Shown here piece by piece: positions 31,243 through 40,632 of a stretch of 64,000 nucleotides of DNA. Every line of letters begins with the position of its first letter. The stretch's first letter is position 1. Source of the DNA: an uncultured bacterium (GTDB taxonomy: Bacteria; Actinomycetota; Acidimicrobiia; Spongiisociales; UBA5794). A model generated the notes under the pieces. The model worked only from the letters and a program-made list of their open reading frames with translations, did no database searches and was not told the origin of the DNA. The position numbers were made by a program, and so were the translations under genes. Location: assembly GCA_963801165.1 (NCBI GenBank), contig CAWDDT010000004.1, forward strand, positions 128,001 to 192,000. Reading direction: 5' to 3'.

Positions 31243-32250
31243 TCAACCTATTCCGTGCATCTCCGGCTTTGCTTCGCGGCTCATCAGGTTGGAGACCGCC
31301 TCGGCGGGGCTGGCACCCTCGTAGAGCACGCGGGCCACCTGGGTGGCGATCGGCATTTCGATGCTGTGGCGATCGGCCAGCGCCAGGATCCCCGGCGTGG
31401 ACTTGACGCCTTCTGCAACCTGGTTCATCTCGGCGATGATCTCGTCGAGTTTCTTGCCCTGGCCCAGCCCGTAGCCGACGGTGTGGTTGCGGCTCTTTGA
31501 GCTCATGCAGGTGGCAATGAGGTCGCCCATCCCGGCCAGACCGGCGAACGTGAGCGGGCGACCACCCATGGCGATCCCGAGCCTGGTCAGCTCGGCGAGC
31601 GCCCTCGTGATGAGAGTGGCCATGGTGTTGTCTCCGAAGCCGAGCCCGTGGGCCATTCCGGCTGCTATCGCCATTACGTTCTTGAGGGCTCCCGCAGATT
31701 CGCTCCCGATGACATCGTCATTTGTGTAGACGCGGAACCTCGAGTTCATGAACGCTTGTTGCAGGCTCTGCGCCGACTCCTGGTCTGTCATCGCGATCAC
31801 GGTTGCCGCAGGCTGCCCGGCGACGATCTCCCTGGCCAGGTTCGGTCCGGTGAGCACCCCGATCCGGTCATGCCGGTGCCCGGGCAGGACGTCCCCCGTC
31901 ACCTCGGTCATGCGCATCAGCGTGCCCTGCTCCACGCCTTTGGCCAGGCTGAGGATCGGGGTCTCGGGGGCGATGTGACCTCGCGCCAGCTCGAGGACTG
32001 AGCGAAATCCGTGCGAGGGAACGCCCATGACGATCGCGTCGGCCGTGTCCAGACACTCGGCGAGATCGCTGGTGGCGTAGACGCGGTCCGAGAGTGTGTG
32101 ATCGGGCAGGTAGTCGGGGTTGGTGTGACCGGTGTTGATCGCATCGGCGAGACCGGACCGGCGCGCCCAGAGGGTAACCGCCTGTTTCTGCGCCACGATG
32201 TCGGCAACCGCAGTCCCCCACGACCCTGCCCCGATGACCGCAATCCGCAT
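31243..32250 (-). CDS. gpsA: NAD(P)H-dependent glycerol-3-phosphate dehydrogenase
   Basis: GAGSWG, GPNLARE, GALKNV.AIA.G, GLAGMGDLIATC.S..SRN. Confidence 0.95.
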   Translation of the reverse strand: MRIAVIGAGSWGTAVADIVAQKQAVTLWARRSGLADAINTGHTNPDYLPDHTLSDRVYATSDLAECLDTADAIVMGVPSHGFRSVLELARGHIAPETPILSLAKGVEQGTLMRMTEVTGDVLPGHRHDRIGVLTGPNLAREIVAGQPAATVIAMTDQESAQSLQQAFMNSRFRVYTNDDVIGSESAGALKNVMAIAAGMAHGLGFGDNTMATLITRALAELTRLGIAMGGRPLTFAGLAGMGDLIATCMSSKSRNHTVGYGLGQGKKLDEIIAEMNQVAEGVKSTPGILALADRHSIEMPIATQVARVLYEGASPAEAVSNLMSREAKPEMHGIG

Positions 32251-32376
32251 GAAGCCCTCCCGATTTTTCCCGTTAACCAAGAGTAGGCGTCTTGCCGATA
32301 GGAAACTTGTGGTCCTTGCTTTTCCACACGAAGCCGGGAAGGCTTGTGATCTCAGATCGCGAGAAACGAGGCCAGG

Positions 32377-33687
32377 GTGACGAGAAAAACGTACGTACTT
32401 GACACTTGTGTCCTTCTCGCCGACCCGCTCTCTCTCCTCCGTTTCGATGAACACGATGTAGTGATACCGCTCGTCGTCGTGGAGGAACTCGACCGCCAGA
32501 AGACACGGCCGGACGAGGTCGGGGCGAACGCACGTCGCGCCATCAGAGCCCTGGAGGAACTGGGGGCGTCTGCACCGGGAGGGCTCCGGCTCCCGGCAAA
32601 TCTCGACAGCGGTGGCTCGTTGCGGATCGAGTTGAACGGCACCCGCTCCGACCGGCTTCCCAAGGTGCTCGATCCGTCCACGGCGGATCATCGCATCCTG
32701 GCAACATGTCTCAATCTCGTTGATGGCGGGCTCACGACGGTGCTGGTCACCAAGGACGCCTCGCTGCGGATCAAGGGTGCGCAGCTGGGGGTGGAGGTCG
32801 AGGACTACCGAGCGGACACCGTCCCGGTCGACGAGTCGTACTCCGGTGTCGCCGAGATCGAGGTCGACCCGGCGACCATCGACCAGCTCTACGCGGCGGG
32901 CAAGACCGTAGTTGCGTCGTCCGAGCTGCTGGTCAACCAGTACGTGATTCTCAGAGCGATGGAGTCGCACTCGGCGGTAGGCAAGGTGATCGATGTCGTG
33001 GGTGGCGCCACGATCGTGCGTGTCCCCGGCTCGCGCCAGGCCTTTGGGATCGAATCGAAGAACGTCCGCCAAGCGTTTGCCCTGGACCTGATGATGGATC
33101 CCGACATCACCGCGGTGAGCATGATGGGGGTGGCCGGCACGGGAAAGACGTTCCTCGCTCTGGCAGCAGCACTGGAGCAAACCGTGGAGGCGGGGCGGTA
33201 TCGCCGCATCTCCGTCTACCGGCCGCTGGTGGCCGTCGGTAGACAGGAAGTGGGATTCCTGCCCGGTGATCTCGACGAGAAGCTCGCCCCCTGGATGGCG
33301 GCCGTTCACGACAACCTCTATGCCCTGTTCAGCGGCGATCCGCTGTCCGCCAAAGGCGCGATCGATGAGCTGCTCGAACGAAACGTCATCGAGATGGCGG
33401 CCGTCACGTATCTGCGGGGCCGGTCGATAACCGACGAGTTGGTGATCATCGACGAGGCCCAGAACCTGGAGTACTCGACGCTGAAGGTGATCCTGACCCG
33501 GATCGCATCGGGTTCGAAGGTCGTGTTCTGCGGTGATCTCAGCCAGGTCGACAACCCGTACATATCTCCGTTTGGTGGTTTGGCGGCGCTGATCGAGAAG
33601 CTGAAGGGACAGCATCTATTCGGGCACATCACCCTGGAGAAGTCGGTGCGCAGCCCCCTGGCAGAACTGGCGGCCAACGTCCTGTAG
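32377..33687 (+). CDS. PIN-PhoH protein (PhoH2/YlaK)
   Basis: VLDT PIN domain; G.AGTGKT, GFLPG, RGRS, DEAQN. Confidence 0.93.
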   Translation: MTRKTYVLDTCVLLADPLSLLRFDEHDVVIPLVVVEELDRQKTRPDEVGANARRAIRALEELGASAPGGLRLPANLDSGGSLRIELNGTRSDRLPKVLDPSTADHRILATCLNLVDGGLTTVLVTKDASLRIKGAQLGVEVEDYRADTVPVDESYSGVAEIEVDPATIDQLYAAGKTVVASSELLVNQYVILRAMESHSAVGKVIDVVGGATIVRVPGSRQAFGIESKNVRQAFALDLMMDPDITAVSMMGVAGTGKTFLALAAALEQTVEAGRYRRISVYRPLVAVGRQEVGFLPGDLDEKLAPWMAAVHDNLYALFSGDPLSAKGAIDELLERNVIEMAAVTYLRGRSITDELVIIDEAQNLEYSTLKVILTRIASGSKVVFCGDLSQVDNPYISPFGGLAALIEKLKGQHLFGHITLEKSVRSPLAELAANVL

Positions 33688-33926
33688 CGACCGCCTCAGA
33701 AGCAGGTGAGGCGGCTTAGCTGGTTCTCCCCAACCGTTCCCCGGCCCCCGGTACCAGCTCGGCCGCCTTCCCGCGTTTCTCGACGCCCCCTCCCCAGGAG
33801 ATCGTCTTCGCTGAGCGTACCGGCCGCTTCCCGAGCGCGGCTGGCAGTATTCATTTATGCCAAAGGGACTAGTCCCTCGTCGCGACGCGACGAAAAGCCG
33901 CCAAATCGATCGGCTACGCTCATCCC

Positions 33927-34349
33927 ATGGCTTCTGTATTCACGATGATCATGAACGGGGATCTGCCGGCGCGCTTTGTCTGGAAGGATGAGCGTTGTGT
34001 TGCCTTTCTCTCGATAAATCCCCTGGCCCCGGGGCACACTCTGGTGGTGCCGCGGGAGGAGATCGATCACTGGATCGATCTCGATGCCGATCTCATGAAT
34101 CATCTGTTCGCTGTGAGCCGGAAGATCGGGAAGGCCCTCGATCTCGGATTCAAGCCGAAGAGGGTGGCCCTGCTGATCGCCGGTCTCGAGGTACCACATG
34201 CGCACGTGCACGTCGTGCCCATCGAGGGGATGCACGATCTGGATGTGGACAACGCCAACCTGGCACCCAACCCCGACCAGTTGGACGCAGCAGCCGATCG
34301 GGTGCGTGCTGCGCTGCGGGCCCTCGAATTCACCGGGGTGGCAGACTGA
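33927..34349 (+). CDS. HIT family protein
   Basis: GHTLVVP, HAHVHVVP. Confidence 0.95.
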   Translation: MASVFTMIMNGDLPARFVWKDERCVAFLSINPLAPGHTLVVPREEIDHWIDLDADLMNHLFAVSRKIGKALDLGFKPKRVALLIAGLEVPHAHVHVVPIEGMHDLDVDNANLAPNPDQLDAAADRVRAALRALEFTGVAD

Positions 34350-34351
34350 GG

Positions 34352-35722
34352 TCAGGCCGCGGAGTGAGGCAGGCGCAGCTCGAAACAAGCTCCATCGCCC
34401 TCCACCGAGGTGGCGGTTACGTCACCGCCGTGAGCGCGGGCGAGGGTGCGGGCGATGTTGAGGCCGATCCCGGTTCCCGGCTGGGTCCTGTCGAGCCTGG
34501 TGAAGCGCTCGAAGATTGTCTCCAGCTGGGATTCCGGGATGCCCGGGCCGGTGTCGGCGACAGATACCCGGCACCACGTGGCATCGACGGTTCCTCTGAC
34601 TGTCACTTGCCCTCCCTGAGGTGTGTGGCTGAGCGCGTTGCCCAGCAGATTCGTCACCGTCTGGGCAATCCGGGTGTCGTCGACGTGAACCGGCATCGGG
34701 CCCGGCATGCTTACGCTGAGCGCGACGTCGTTGATCTCGTACTGGGGCTGCAACGTGTCGGCAACGGCGGCAACGATCTCGCCGAGGTCGTGCGGTGTCA
34801 TTTCGTAGGCGATTGCCCCCTCCTGAGCTTTCGAGAGCGTCGTCAGGTCACGGGTGAGCCGCTTGAGACGGTGTGCCTCGGCGGCCACCGCCTCGTACGT
34901 GTCGCGTGATGCGGGGAGAACCCCGTCGATGAGCCCCTCCATGTAGCCCTCGATGGTCGACAGCGGGTTGCGGATCTCGTGGGCCAGATCGGATACCAGG
35001 CGGGCCCGGGTCTGCTCGGTCCGCTCCAGCGAGTCGGCGAGCGTGTTGATCGATGCGGCCAGCTCGGCCAACTCCACCTCTGCCGGTACCGGGATCCGCA
35101 CCGAGTAGTGGCCAGCGGCGAGCTCGGCCGCTCCCTCCTTCACTCCGGTGAAGGTTCGCAGAAGCCGTCTGGTGAGCAGCCACCCGAGGAGGAGGGCGAT
35201 AACCAGCCCGATGGCGATGGCGACGATGAGCGCGGCGGTGAGCGCGTGCTCGTAGTCCTGCTGTATCTCGATGGGAATCGGGCTGCGGTCGGTCGAGGTA
35301 GCTGCAGCGCCTGCGGCATAGACGCCGGGGCCTGCAAACGAATCGACAGTGGTGGTGGGCGGGCCGTTCCCGTTTCCCGGGTTGCGGGTCTGACCATCGC
35401 CTTCGGTAGTTCCCTGGCTACCCGACCCGGTGTCGCTCCGGCCCGGCCCGATAGTGGAGCCCGTCGGGGTCGGTGCCGCGGGTTCCCGGGAAGACGGTGT
35501 GCTGGCCGGCGTGGTCGTCGTTGTGGAGTCGCCGCCACTTTGACCCGGCGTATCGCTCTGGCCAATCTGCGGTCCCGGTCCCAACCGTTGCTGTACGGCC
35601 TGCTCGAAGAACTCCGGTACCAGCACCTGCACAGTGACAAACGCCGCCGCGGTGACCACGATGACGACCGCCAGGTACGACAGGATGAGACGGCGGCGCA
35701 GCGAAGGTCGACCCAGCATCAT
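34352..35722 (-). CDS. BaeS-like sensor histidine kinase
   Basis: 2 TM, HAMP, AHEIRNPL, NLLGNA, DTGPG, GTGIGL. Confidence 0.92.
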   Translation of the reverse strand: MMLGRPSLRRRLILSYLAVVIVVTAAAFVTVQVLVPEFFEQAVQQRLGPGPQIGQSDTPGQSGGDSTTTTTPASTPSSREPAAPTPTGSTIGPGRSDTGSGSQGTTEGDGQTRNPGNGNGPPTTTVDSFAGPGVYAAGAAATSTDRSPIPIEIQQDYEHALTAALIVAIAIGLVIALLLGWLLTRRLLRTFTGVKEGAAELAAGHYSVRIPVPAEVELAELAASINTLADSLERTEQTRARLVSDLAHEIRNPLSTIEGYMEGLIDGVLPASRDTYEAVAAEAHRLKRLTRDLTTLSKAQEGAIAYEMTPHDLGEIVAAVADTLQPQYEINDVALSVSMPGPMPVHVDDTRIAQTVTNLLGNALSHTPQGGQVTVRGTVDATWCRVSVADTGPGIPESQLETIFERFTRLDRTQPGTGIGLNIARTLARAHGGDVTATSVEGDGACFELRLPHSAA

Positions 35723-36408
35723 GACTCGGGGATGAACTTGTAACCGACGCCCCGTACCGTGCCGACATAATGCGGCTCGACGGCGTCGTCGCCCAGCGCC
35801 TTGCGTAGCTTGCGGATGTGGACGTCGACGACCCGCTCGTCGCCGAAGTAGTCCCATCCCCAGATGGCCTCGATCAGTTGGCGCCGCGAGAAGACGCGGC
35901 CCGGTTGAGAGGCGAGGGCGGCGAGCAGGTCGAGCTCGAGTGTGGTGAGCTCCGCGTCCTTCGTTCCGACGGTGACCCGGCGGCGCGCCAGATCGATGGT
36001 GAGATCGCCGTATTCGAGCCGGTCGGTGTCGACCCCGGTGCCGATGCCGCGGTTGCGGCGGAGCACCGCCTTGATACGGGCGACCAGCTCGCGCGGGCTG
36101 AATGGCTTGGTCAGGTAGTCGTCGGCACCGACCGAGAGCCCGATGAGCTTGTCCACCTCCTCGGAGCGAGCGGTGAGCATGACGACGCAGACGTCGGAGA
36201 ACGTGCGGATGGTGCGGAGGACCTCGATGCCGTCGAGCCCGGGCAGGCCCACGTCGAGCACGATCAGGTCGGGTTGGGCGGAACGCGCCAAAGCAACGGC
36301 TTGCTCGCCGTTGTCCGCTTCGAGGACTTCAAAGGTCTCGTTCTCCAGATAGGAGCGGACCAGGCGGCGGATCGATGCCTCATCGTCGACTACGAGGATC
36401 TTGGTCAT
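35719..36408 (-). CDS. OmpR family response regulator
   Basis: VVDDE, LD..LP, GADDYLTKPF, VDVHI..LR.., TVRGVGY. Confidence 0.95.
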   Translation of the reverse strand: MTKILVVDDEASIRRLVRSYLENETFEVLEADNGEQAVALARSAQPDLIVLDVGLPGLDGIEVLRTIRTFSDVCVVMLTARSEEVDKLIGLSVGADDYLTKPFSPRELVARIKAVLRRNRGIGTGVDTDRLEYGDLTIDLARRRVTVGTKDAELTTLELDLLAALASQPGRVFSRRQLIEAIWGWDYFGDERVVDVHIRKLRKALGDDAVEPHYVGTVRGVGYKFIPES

Positions 36409-36455
36409 GTGCGAATGTTAAGCGGCCGGGCGCGGCCGCCGGCATTCGAAGAGAA

Positions 36456-36483
36456 GAGGGGACCCGCACCTGCGGGTCCCCTC
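36456..36483 (-). terminator. Intrinsic terminator
   Basis: GAGGGGACCCGC/GCGGGTCCCCTC hairpin followed by TTCTCTT on the minus strand. Confidence 0.7.
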
Positions 36484-36492
36484 GAGTTGTTC

Positions 36493-36930
36493 TCAGCTAC
36501 GGCCATGGGCACCGCCGGGGCCGGCTGCGTCGGAGCCGATCCCGTGCTGGTAGCCGGTGCCGTCCATCGGCCGGACGGCATCATCCGGCCCGGTACCGTC
36601 GCAGTCGCCTGTGGCGTTCCCGTACCCGAGACCGTCGCCGTCGCAGTCACACGCTGCGGGATCCTGGATCTGCAGCCTGGTTTGGGTAGCCGTCGCCGCC
36701 GCGGTCACGCCCTGCGCCCGGAAACCGATCTGCTGGCGCGTTTGGAGTTGCTCCACGAGAGTCAGGTCCGGATCCTGGATGTGCAGCTGCTGGCTTGCTG
36801 CGATCGGCGTAGCGACCGTCGTGCTCGGCGCCGCGTCTGCGACGACTGGAGTGTCGGCCATTGCGGCCGCTCCTCCGACGGTGAGGGCGCCGGCGATCGC
36901 CGCCGCCATGATGAGTCTGCTCTTCTTCAT
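36493..36930 (-). CDS. Secreted low-complexity protein (Gln-rich repeats, CDG/DGTG motifs)
   Basis: AGGAG RBS, signal peptide, two LxIQDP repeats. Confidence 0.7.
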   Translation of the reverse strand: MKKSRLIMAAAIAGALTVGGAAAMADTPVVADAAPSTTVATPIAASQQLHIQDPDLTLVEQLQTRQQIGFRAQGVTAAATATQTRLQIQDPAACDCDGDGLGYGNATGDCDGTGPDDAVRPMDGTGYQHGIGSDAAGPGGAHGRS

Positions 36931-36993
36931 CGTTCTCCTTTGGTAGGAACAATGACATCAGAACATTTCCAGATGAAGGGGCAACGGGCGCTC

Positions 36994-37013
36994 GTGTGAA
37001 GCTTGTGTGAAGC
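36994..37013. promoter_or_regulatory. Tandem direct repeat, candidate OmpR-type binding site
   Basis: GTGTGAAGC twice with 11-bp period. Confidence 0.5.
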
Positions 37014-37017
37014 CGGC

Positions 37018-37049
37018 CGGGGGGCGTCTGATCGGCCAGACGCCCCCCG
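37018..37049 (-). terminator. Hairpin after the ABC operon
   Basis: CGGGGGGCGTCTG/CAGACGCCCCCCG. Confidence 0.6.
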
Positions 37050-37059
37050 ACCTCGTCTC

Positions 37060-38040
37060 CTACAGGTTGTTGCTGATCCAGTCGGCTGCTACCTGCTCCG
37101 GGTCGTCACCGTCAATTCCGACCTGGCGGTTCATCTCGCTCAACGCGGACGTTGTCAGCGCAGCGCTCACCGAGTTCAGGGCCGATTTCAGATCGTCACC
37201 GTAGGCGTCGACGATCTCCTGTCTGATGACAGGGGTGACGTTCTCGGCCGGCTGGAGACCCTTGTCGTCCTCGAGGAGCACGAAGCCTTTGGCGGCGATG
37301 ACTCCGTCCGAGGTAAACAGGATCGCTACCTGGATCTCATCTCCCTCGAGCGCAGCGACCGTGAGCGGCCCACCGGCGTCGAGCGGTTTGAACTCGGCGA
37401 AGCTGAGCCCGTACACGTCCTCGAGACCCTTTTGGCAGAAGTCACGCTCCGGGCACTCCGGAGGCCCGCCGAGAATGAGGTCGTCGTGACCGGCCAGGTC
37501 GCTCACCTTCGAGAGGCTGAGCTCATCGGCCGTGTCTTGACGGACTACCACACCGTTCTTGTCCTGGGCCGGCGCCGGGTCGAGCACAGCGATCCCGGCA
37601 TCCTTCCAGGCGTCGGCCAGAGCCTGTGCCGTTGCTGCCGTGTCGGAGGTAGGTGTCCCCCCGAGGTAGGAGAGGGCAGACCCGAGGTACTCGGGGACCA
37701 AGTCGAGGCCGCCGTCCTCGAGCGCCGCCGCATAAATCTCACGGTTGCCCACGTTCAGGGTGCGCTCGACCGGGAAGCCGGCGCTCTCGAGCACCTGAGC
37801 GTAGATCTCGGCGACCAGCGCACTCTCGCTGAAGTTGGCCGAACCGATGGTGATCGTCGGCCCGTCCATCATGGCGTGGGTGGTTGTTGTCTCGGCCATC
37901 GCGTCGGCCGACGTTGTGGTCGTGCTGTTATCTGTGCCGGTTTCCTCACCCGATCCGCACGCGGTCAGCAGCAGTGCCAACACGACCACGAGAATCGCCC
38001 CAAGGAAACCATTGCGGTGTGTCCGCATGGGTCTCACCAT
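37060..38040 (-). CDS. Osmoprotectant ABC substrate-binding lipoprotein
   Basis: LTAC lipobox; GSANFSE..LVAEIY, PEYLG, LEDDK. Confidence 0.9.
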   Translation of the reverse strand: MVRPMRTHRNGFLGAILVVVLALLLTACGSGEETGTDNSTTTTSADAMAETTTTHAMMDGPTITIGSANFSESALVAEIYAQVLESAGFPVERTLNVGNREIYAAALEDGGLDLVPEYLGSALSYLGGTPTSDTAATAQALADAWKDAGIAVLDPAPAQDKNGVVVRQDTADELSLSKVSDLAGHDDLILGGPPECPERDFCQKGLEDVYGLSFAEFKPLDAGGPLTVAALEGDEIQVAILFTSDGVIAAKGFVLLEDDKGLQPAENVTPVIRQEIVDAYGDDLKSALNSVSAALTTSALSEMNRQVGIDGDDPEQVAADWISNNL

Positions 38041-38097
38041 CTCTTTCTGTTCGGGAACGCGCTGCACGCTACTTGATGGGTGTGACAAGGATGACGA

Positions 38098-38805
38098 TCA
38101 ACCGTGCGCAGGAGGCACGACCTCGGCTGCAGGCGAGAGGCCGGGGGGCACCACCCGCCTCTCCACCGCCCCCAGCAGGAGATCGGTCCCGATCGATAGC
38201 AGCGTGACCAGGAGCGCCCCGGCGAAGACGCGGACGTTGTCGCGGACCGAGAAGCCATCGATGATGTATCTGCCCAGGCCACCCCACGCCACCAGCGCAG
38301 CCAGCGGTGCTGTGGCCACCACTTGAACCGCCGAGACCCGGATGGCGGCCAGGATCACCGGCGAGGCCATAGGCGCCTCGATGCTGCGCATGATCCCGGC
38401 TTCGGTCATGCCCATGCCCCGCCCTGCTTCGACCAGGGCCGGGTCGACGTCGCGGACGGCTGTGTACGTGTTGACGAACATCGGTGGCAGGGCCAGCGCA
38501 AACAGGGCCAGCAGCGAAGGCCAGAAGCCGATCCCCAGCCCGAGCCGGATCGAGATGGGCACGAACAACACCATGATGGCGAAGGAGGGGATGGCCCGCC
38601 CGAGGTTGACCAGAGAGACGGCGGCGAACCCGCCGCGGCGTCGATGGCCGAGCCACATCGCAGGCGGCAACGCCAGCAGCAACGCGGCGATGGTGGCAAT
38701 AGCCGAGATCTGGATGTGCTCCCATAAGCGGTTGGGGATACCGGCCGGGCCCGACCAGTTCTCCGCCGAGAGGAACCACGAGACAACGCCCCCGAGGAAA
38801 TCCAT
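38098..38805 (-). CDS. Osmoprotectant ABC permease
   Basis: RAIPS, EAGRGMGM, GGLG. Confidence 0.9.
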   Translation of the reverse strand: MDFLGGVVSWFLSAENWSGPAGIPNRLWEHIQISAIATIAALLLALPPAMWLGHRRRGGFAAVSLVNLGRAIPSFAIMVLFVPISIRLGLGIGFWPSLLALFALALPPMFVNTYTAVRDVDPALVEAGRGMGMTEAGIMRSIEAPMASPVILAAIRVSAVQVVATAPLAALVAWGGLGRYIIDGFSVRDNVRVFAGALLVTLLSIGTDLLLGAVERRVVPPGLSPAAEVVPPAHG

Positions 38806-38806
38806 G

Positions 38807-39481
38807 TCAGCCCGCCGCCGCTCGACGTCGTGCCCATGGTGTCAGCAGTGTCTCTAGACCGAGCAGACTCAGGTCGGCGATGACCGCCAGCACCACCGAG
38901 AGCACCGTGCCGGCGAGGATCTGCGTGGTGCCCACTGCCGAGAAGAGCTGGAGACCGCGCAGGATGAAGAAGCCGAGACCACCCTGTCCGATCAACGCGG
39001 TGATCGTCACGAGCCCGACGGTCGTGACCGTGGCGATGCGAATCCCCGCAATGATGACCGGCAAGGCCAGGGGGAGCTGGATGTCGGTGAGCAACCTTCG
39101 CTCGGTGTACCCCATGCCCCGCGCCGCCTCGAGCACGGACTCGGGCACCCCGTCGATACCGGCGACGATGTTGCGGATCAGAATCAGCAGCGTGTAGGAG
39201 ACCAGACCGATCTCGGACGTCAACCTGGTGAGACCGGTGATCGGCACCAGGAACGCAAACAGGGCGAGGCTTGGTATCGCGTAGAGAAGACCGGCGACCC
39301 AGGTGATCGGCGTGTATGTCTTGCGCCACCGCAACGCGAGAAGCGACAACGCCAGGCTGATAGCCATGCCGACACCCACCGCGATCGAGGTGAGAATGAT
39401 GTGCTCCCACGTTGCTGCCCACAAGTTGTCCAGGTTGCGTCCCACCCAGTCCCAGCGGACAAACGGCTCGGCAACGATCAC
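38807..39481 (-). CDS. Osmoprotectant ABC permease
   Basis: YAIPSLAL, EAARGMG, GGLG. Confidence 0.9.
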   Translation of the reverse strand: MIVAEPFVRWDWVGRNLDNLWAATWEHIILTSIAVGVGMAISLALSLLALRWRKTYTPITWVAGLLYAIPSLALFAFLVPITGLTRLTSEIGLVSYTLLILIRNIVAGIDGVPESVLEAARGMGYTERRLLTDIQLPLALPVIIAGIRIATVTTVGLVTITALIGQGGLGFFILRGLQLFSAVGTTQILAGTVLSVVLAVIADLSLLGLETLLTPWARRRAAAG

Positions 39482-40569
39482 TGCACGATCTCCCTGCTGA
39501 TCTGATCGACCGTCGCCATTCCCAGGTAGCGGTCACCGTCGAAAACGGCGGCAACCGCGGTGTGCGAGCTGACGACGGTATCGAGTGCCTCCTTCAGGCT
39601 CGACTGAGGCCCGATCCGGTCCCGGTAGCGGCGCACCGGAACTTCAGACAGGTCGGGGCGGCCGGCGATGTCCTTGTCCTGGAACCAGCCCTCGACCCTG
39701 TCCCCATCCCCGATCATCGCCCAGTCGATCCCGTAGCGCTTCATCATCGCCATCGCCTCGTCGGCCGTGGCGGAGCGGGGTAGCACCGGCCCATGGTCGA
39801 GCTCGATAGCCGAAATCGGTATCAGCGAGAGACGCTTGATCCCGCGATCGGTGCCGAGGAAGTCGGCAACGAACTCGTTGGCGGGCTCACGCAGGATCTC
39901 GCCGGGCGTGTCGTACTGCTCGACGTGGCCTCCATCGCTGAGAATCACGACCCGGTCGCCCAGCTTGATCGCCTCGTCGATGTCATGGGTGACGAGCACG
40001 ATCGTCTTGTGGACACGGTCCTGGAGCCGCAGCATCTCGTCCTGGAGGTTGGCCCGGACGATCGGATCGACGGCACCGAACGGCTCATCCATGAGCAGCA
40101 CGGGGGGATCGGCAGCGAGTGCCCTGGCGACACCCACCCGCTGGCGTTGCCCACCGGAGAGCTCTCCCGGGTAGCGGTCCAGCATGTCGGCTCTCAGCTC
40201 CACCAGATCGACGAGCTCATCGACCCGGGCAGTGGTGCGCGTCTTGTCCCAGCCGAGCAGAGTCGGAACGGTGGCGATGTTGGCCCGGATGGTCTTGTGA
40301 GGGAACAGCCCGATCTGCTGGATCACGTAGCCAATGCTGCGGCGCAGCTCGAAAGCGGGGAGGCTCAGTACATCTTGACCCGCCACGGTGATGCGCCCGG
40401 CGGTTGGCTCGATGAGCCTGTTGATCATCTTGAGCGTCGTGGTCTTGCCGCAACCGGATGGGCCGACGAGGACGACGACCTCGCCCTCGGCGATGTCGAG
40501 AGATAGCCCGAAAACGGCGGGGGCGGCGGTTCCCGGGAAAGTCTTGGTGACATCGGTGAGCGTGATCAT
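39478..40569 (-). CDS. Osmoprotectant ABC ATPase with CBS-like tail
   Basis: GPSGCGKTT.LKMINRL, LSGGQ, DEPFGAVDP. Confidence 0.92.
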   Translation of the reverse strand: MITLTDVTKTFPGTAAPAVFGLSLDIAEGEVVVLVGPSGCGKTTTLKMINRLIEPTAGRITVAGQDVLSLPAFELRRSIGYVIQQIGLFPHKTIRANIATVPTLLGWDKTRTTARVDELVDLVELRADMLDRYPGELSGGQRQRVGVARALAADPPVLLMDEPFGAVDPIVRANLQDEMLRLQDRVHKTIVLVTHDIDEAIKLGDRVVILSDGGHVEQYDTPGEILREPANEFVADFLGTDRGIKRLSLIPISAIELDHGPVLPRSATADEAMAMMKRYGIDWAMIGDGDRVEGWFQDKDIAGRPDLSEVPVRRYRDRIGPQSSLKEALDTVVSSHTAVAAVFDGDRYLGMATVDQISREIVQ

Positions 40570-40632
40570 CGCGCAGAACCATAGTGGTCGGAGCGCCGCG
40601 CACCGGGGGCCATACCGCGCTAACTTCACGAT

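Noticed and set aside
32251-33615. 790-aa ORF extending gpsA
   Set aside because: The extension is antisense to phoH2; gpsA homology starts at 32250
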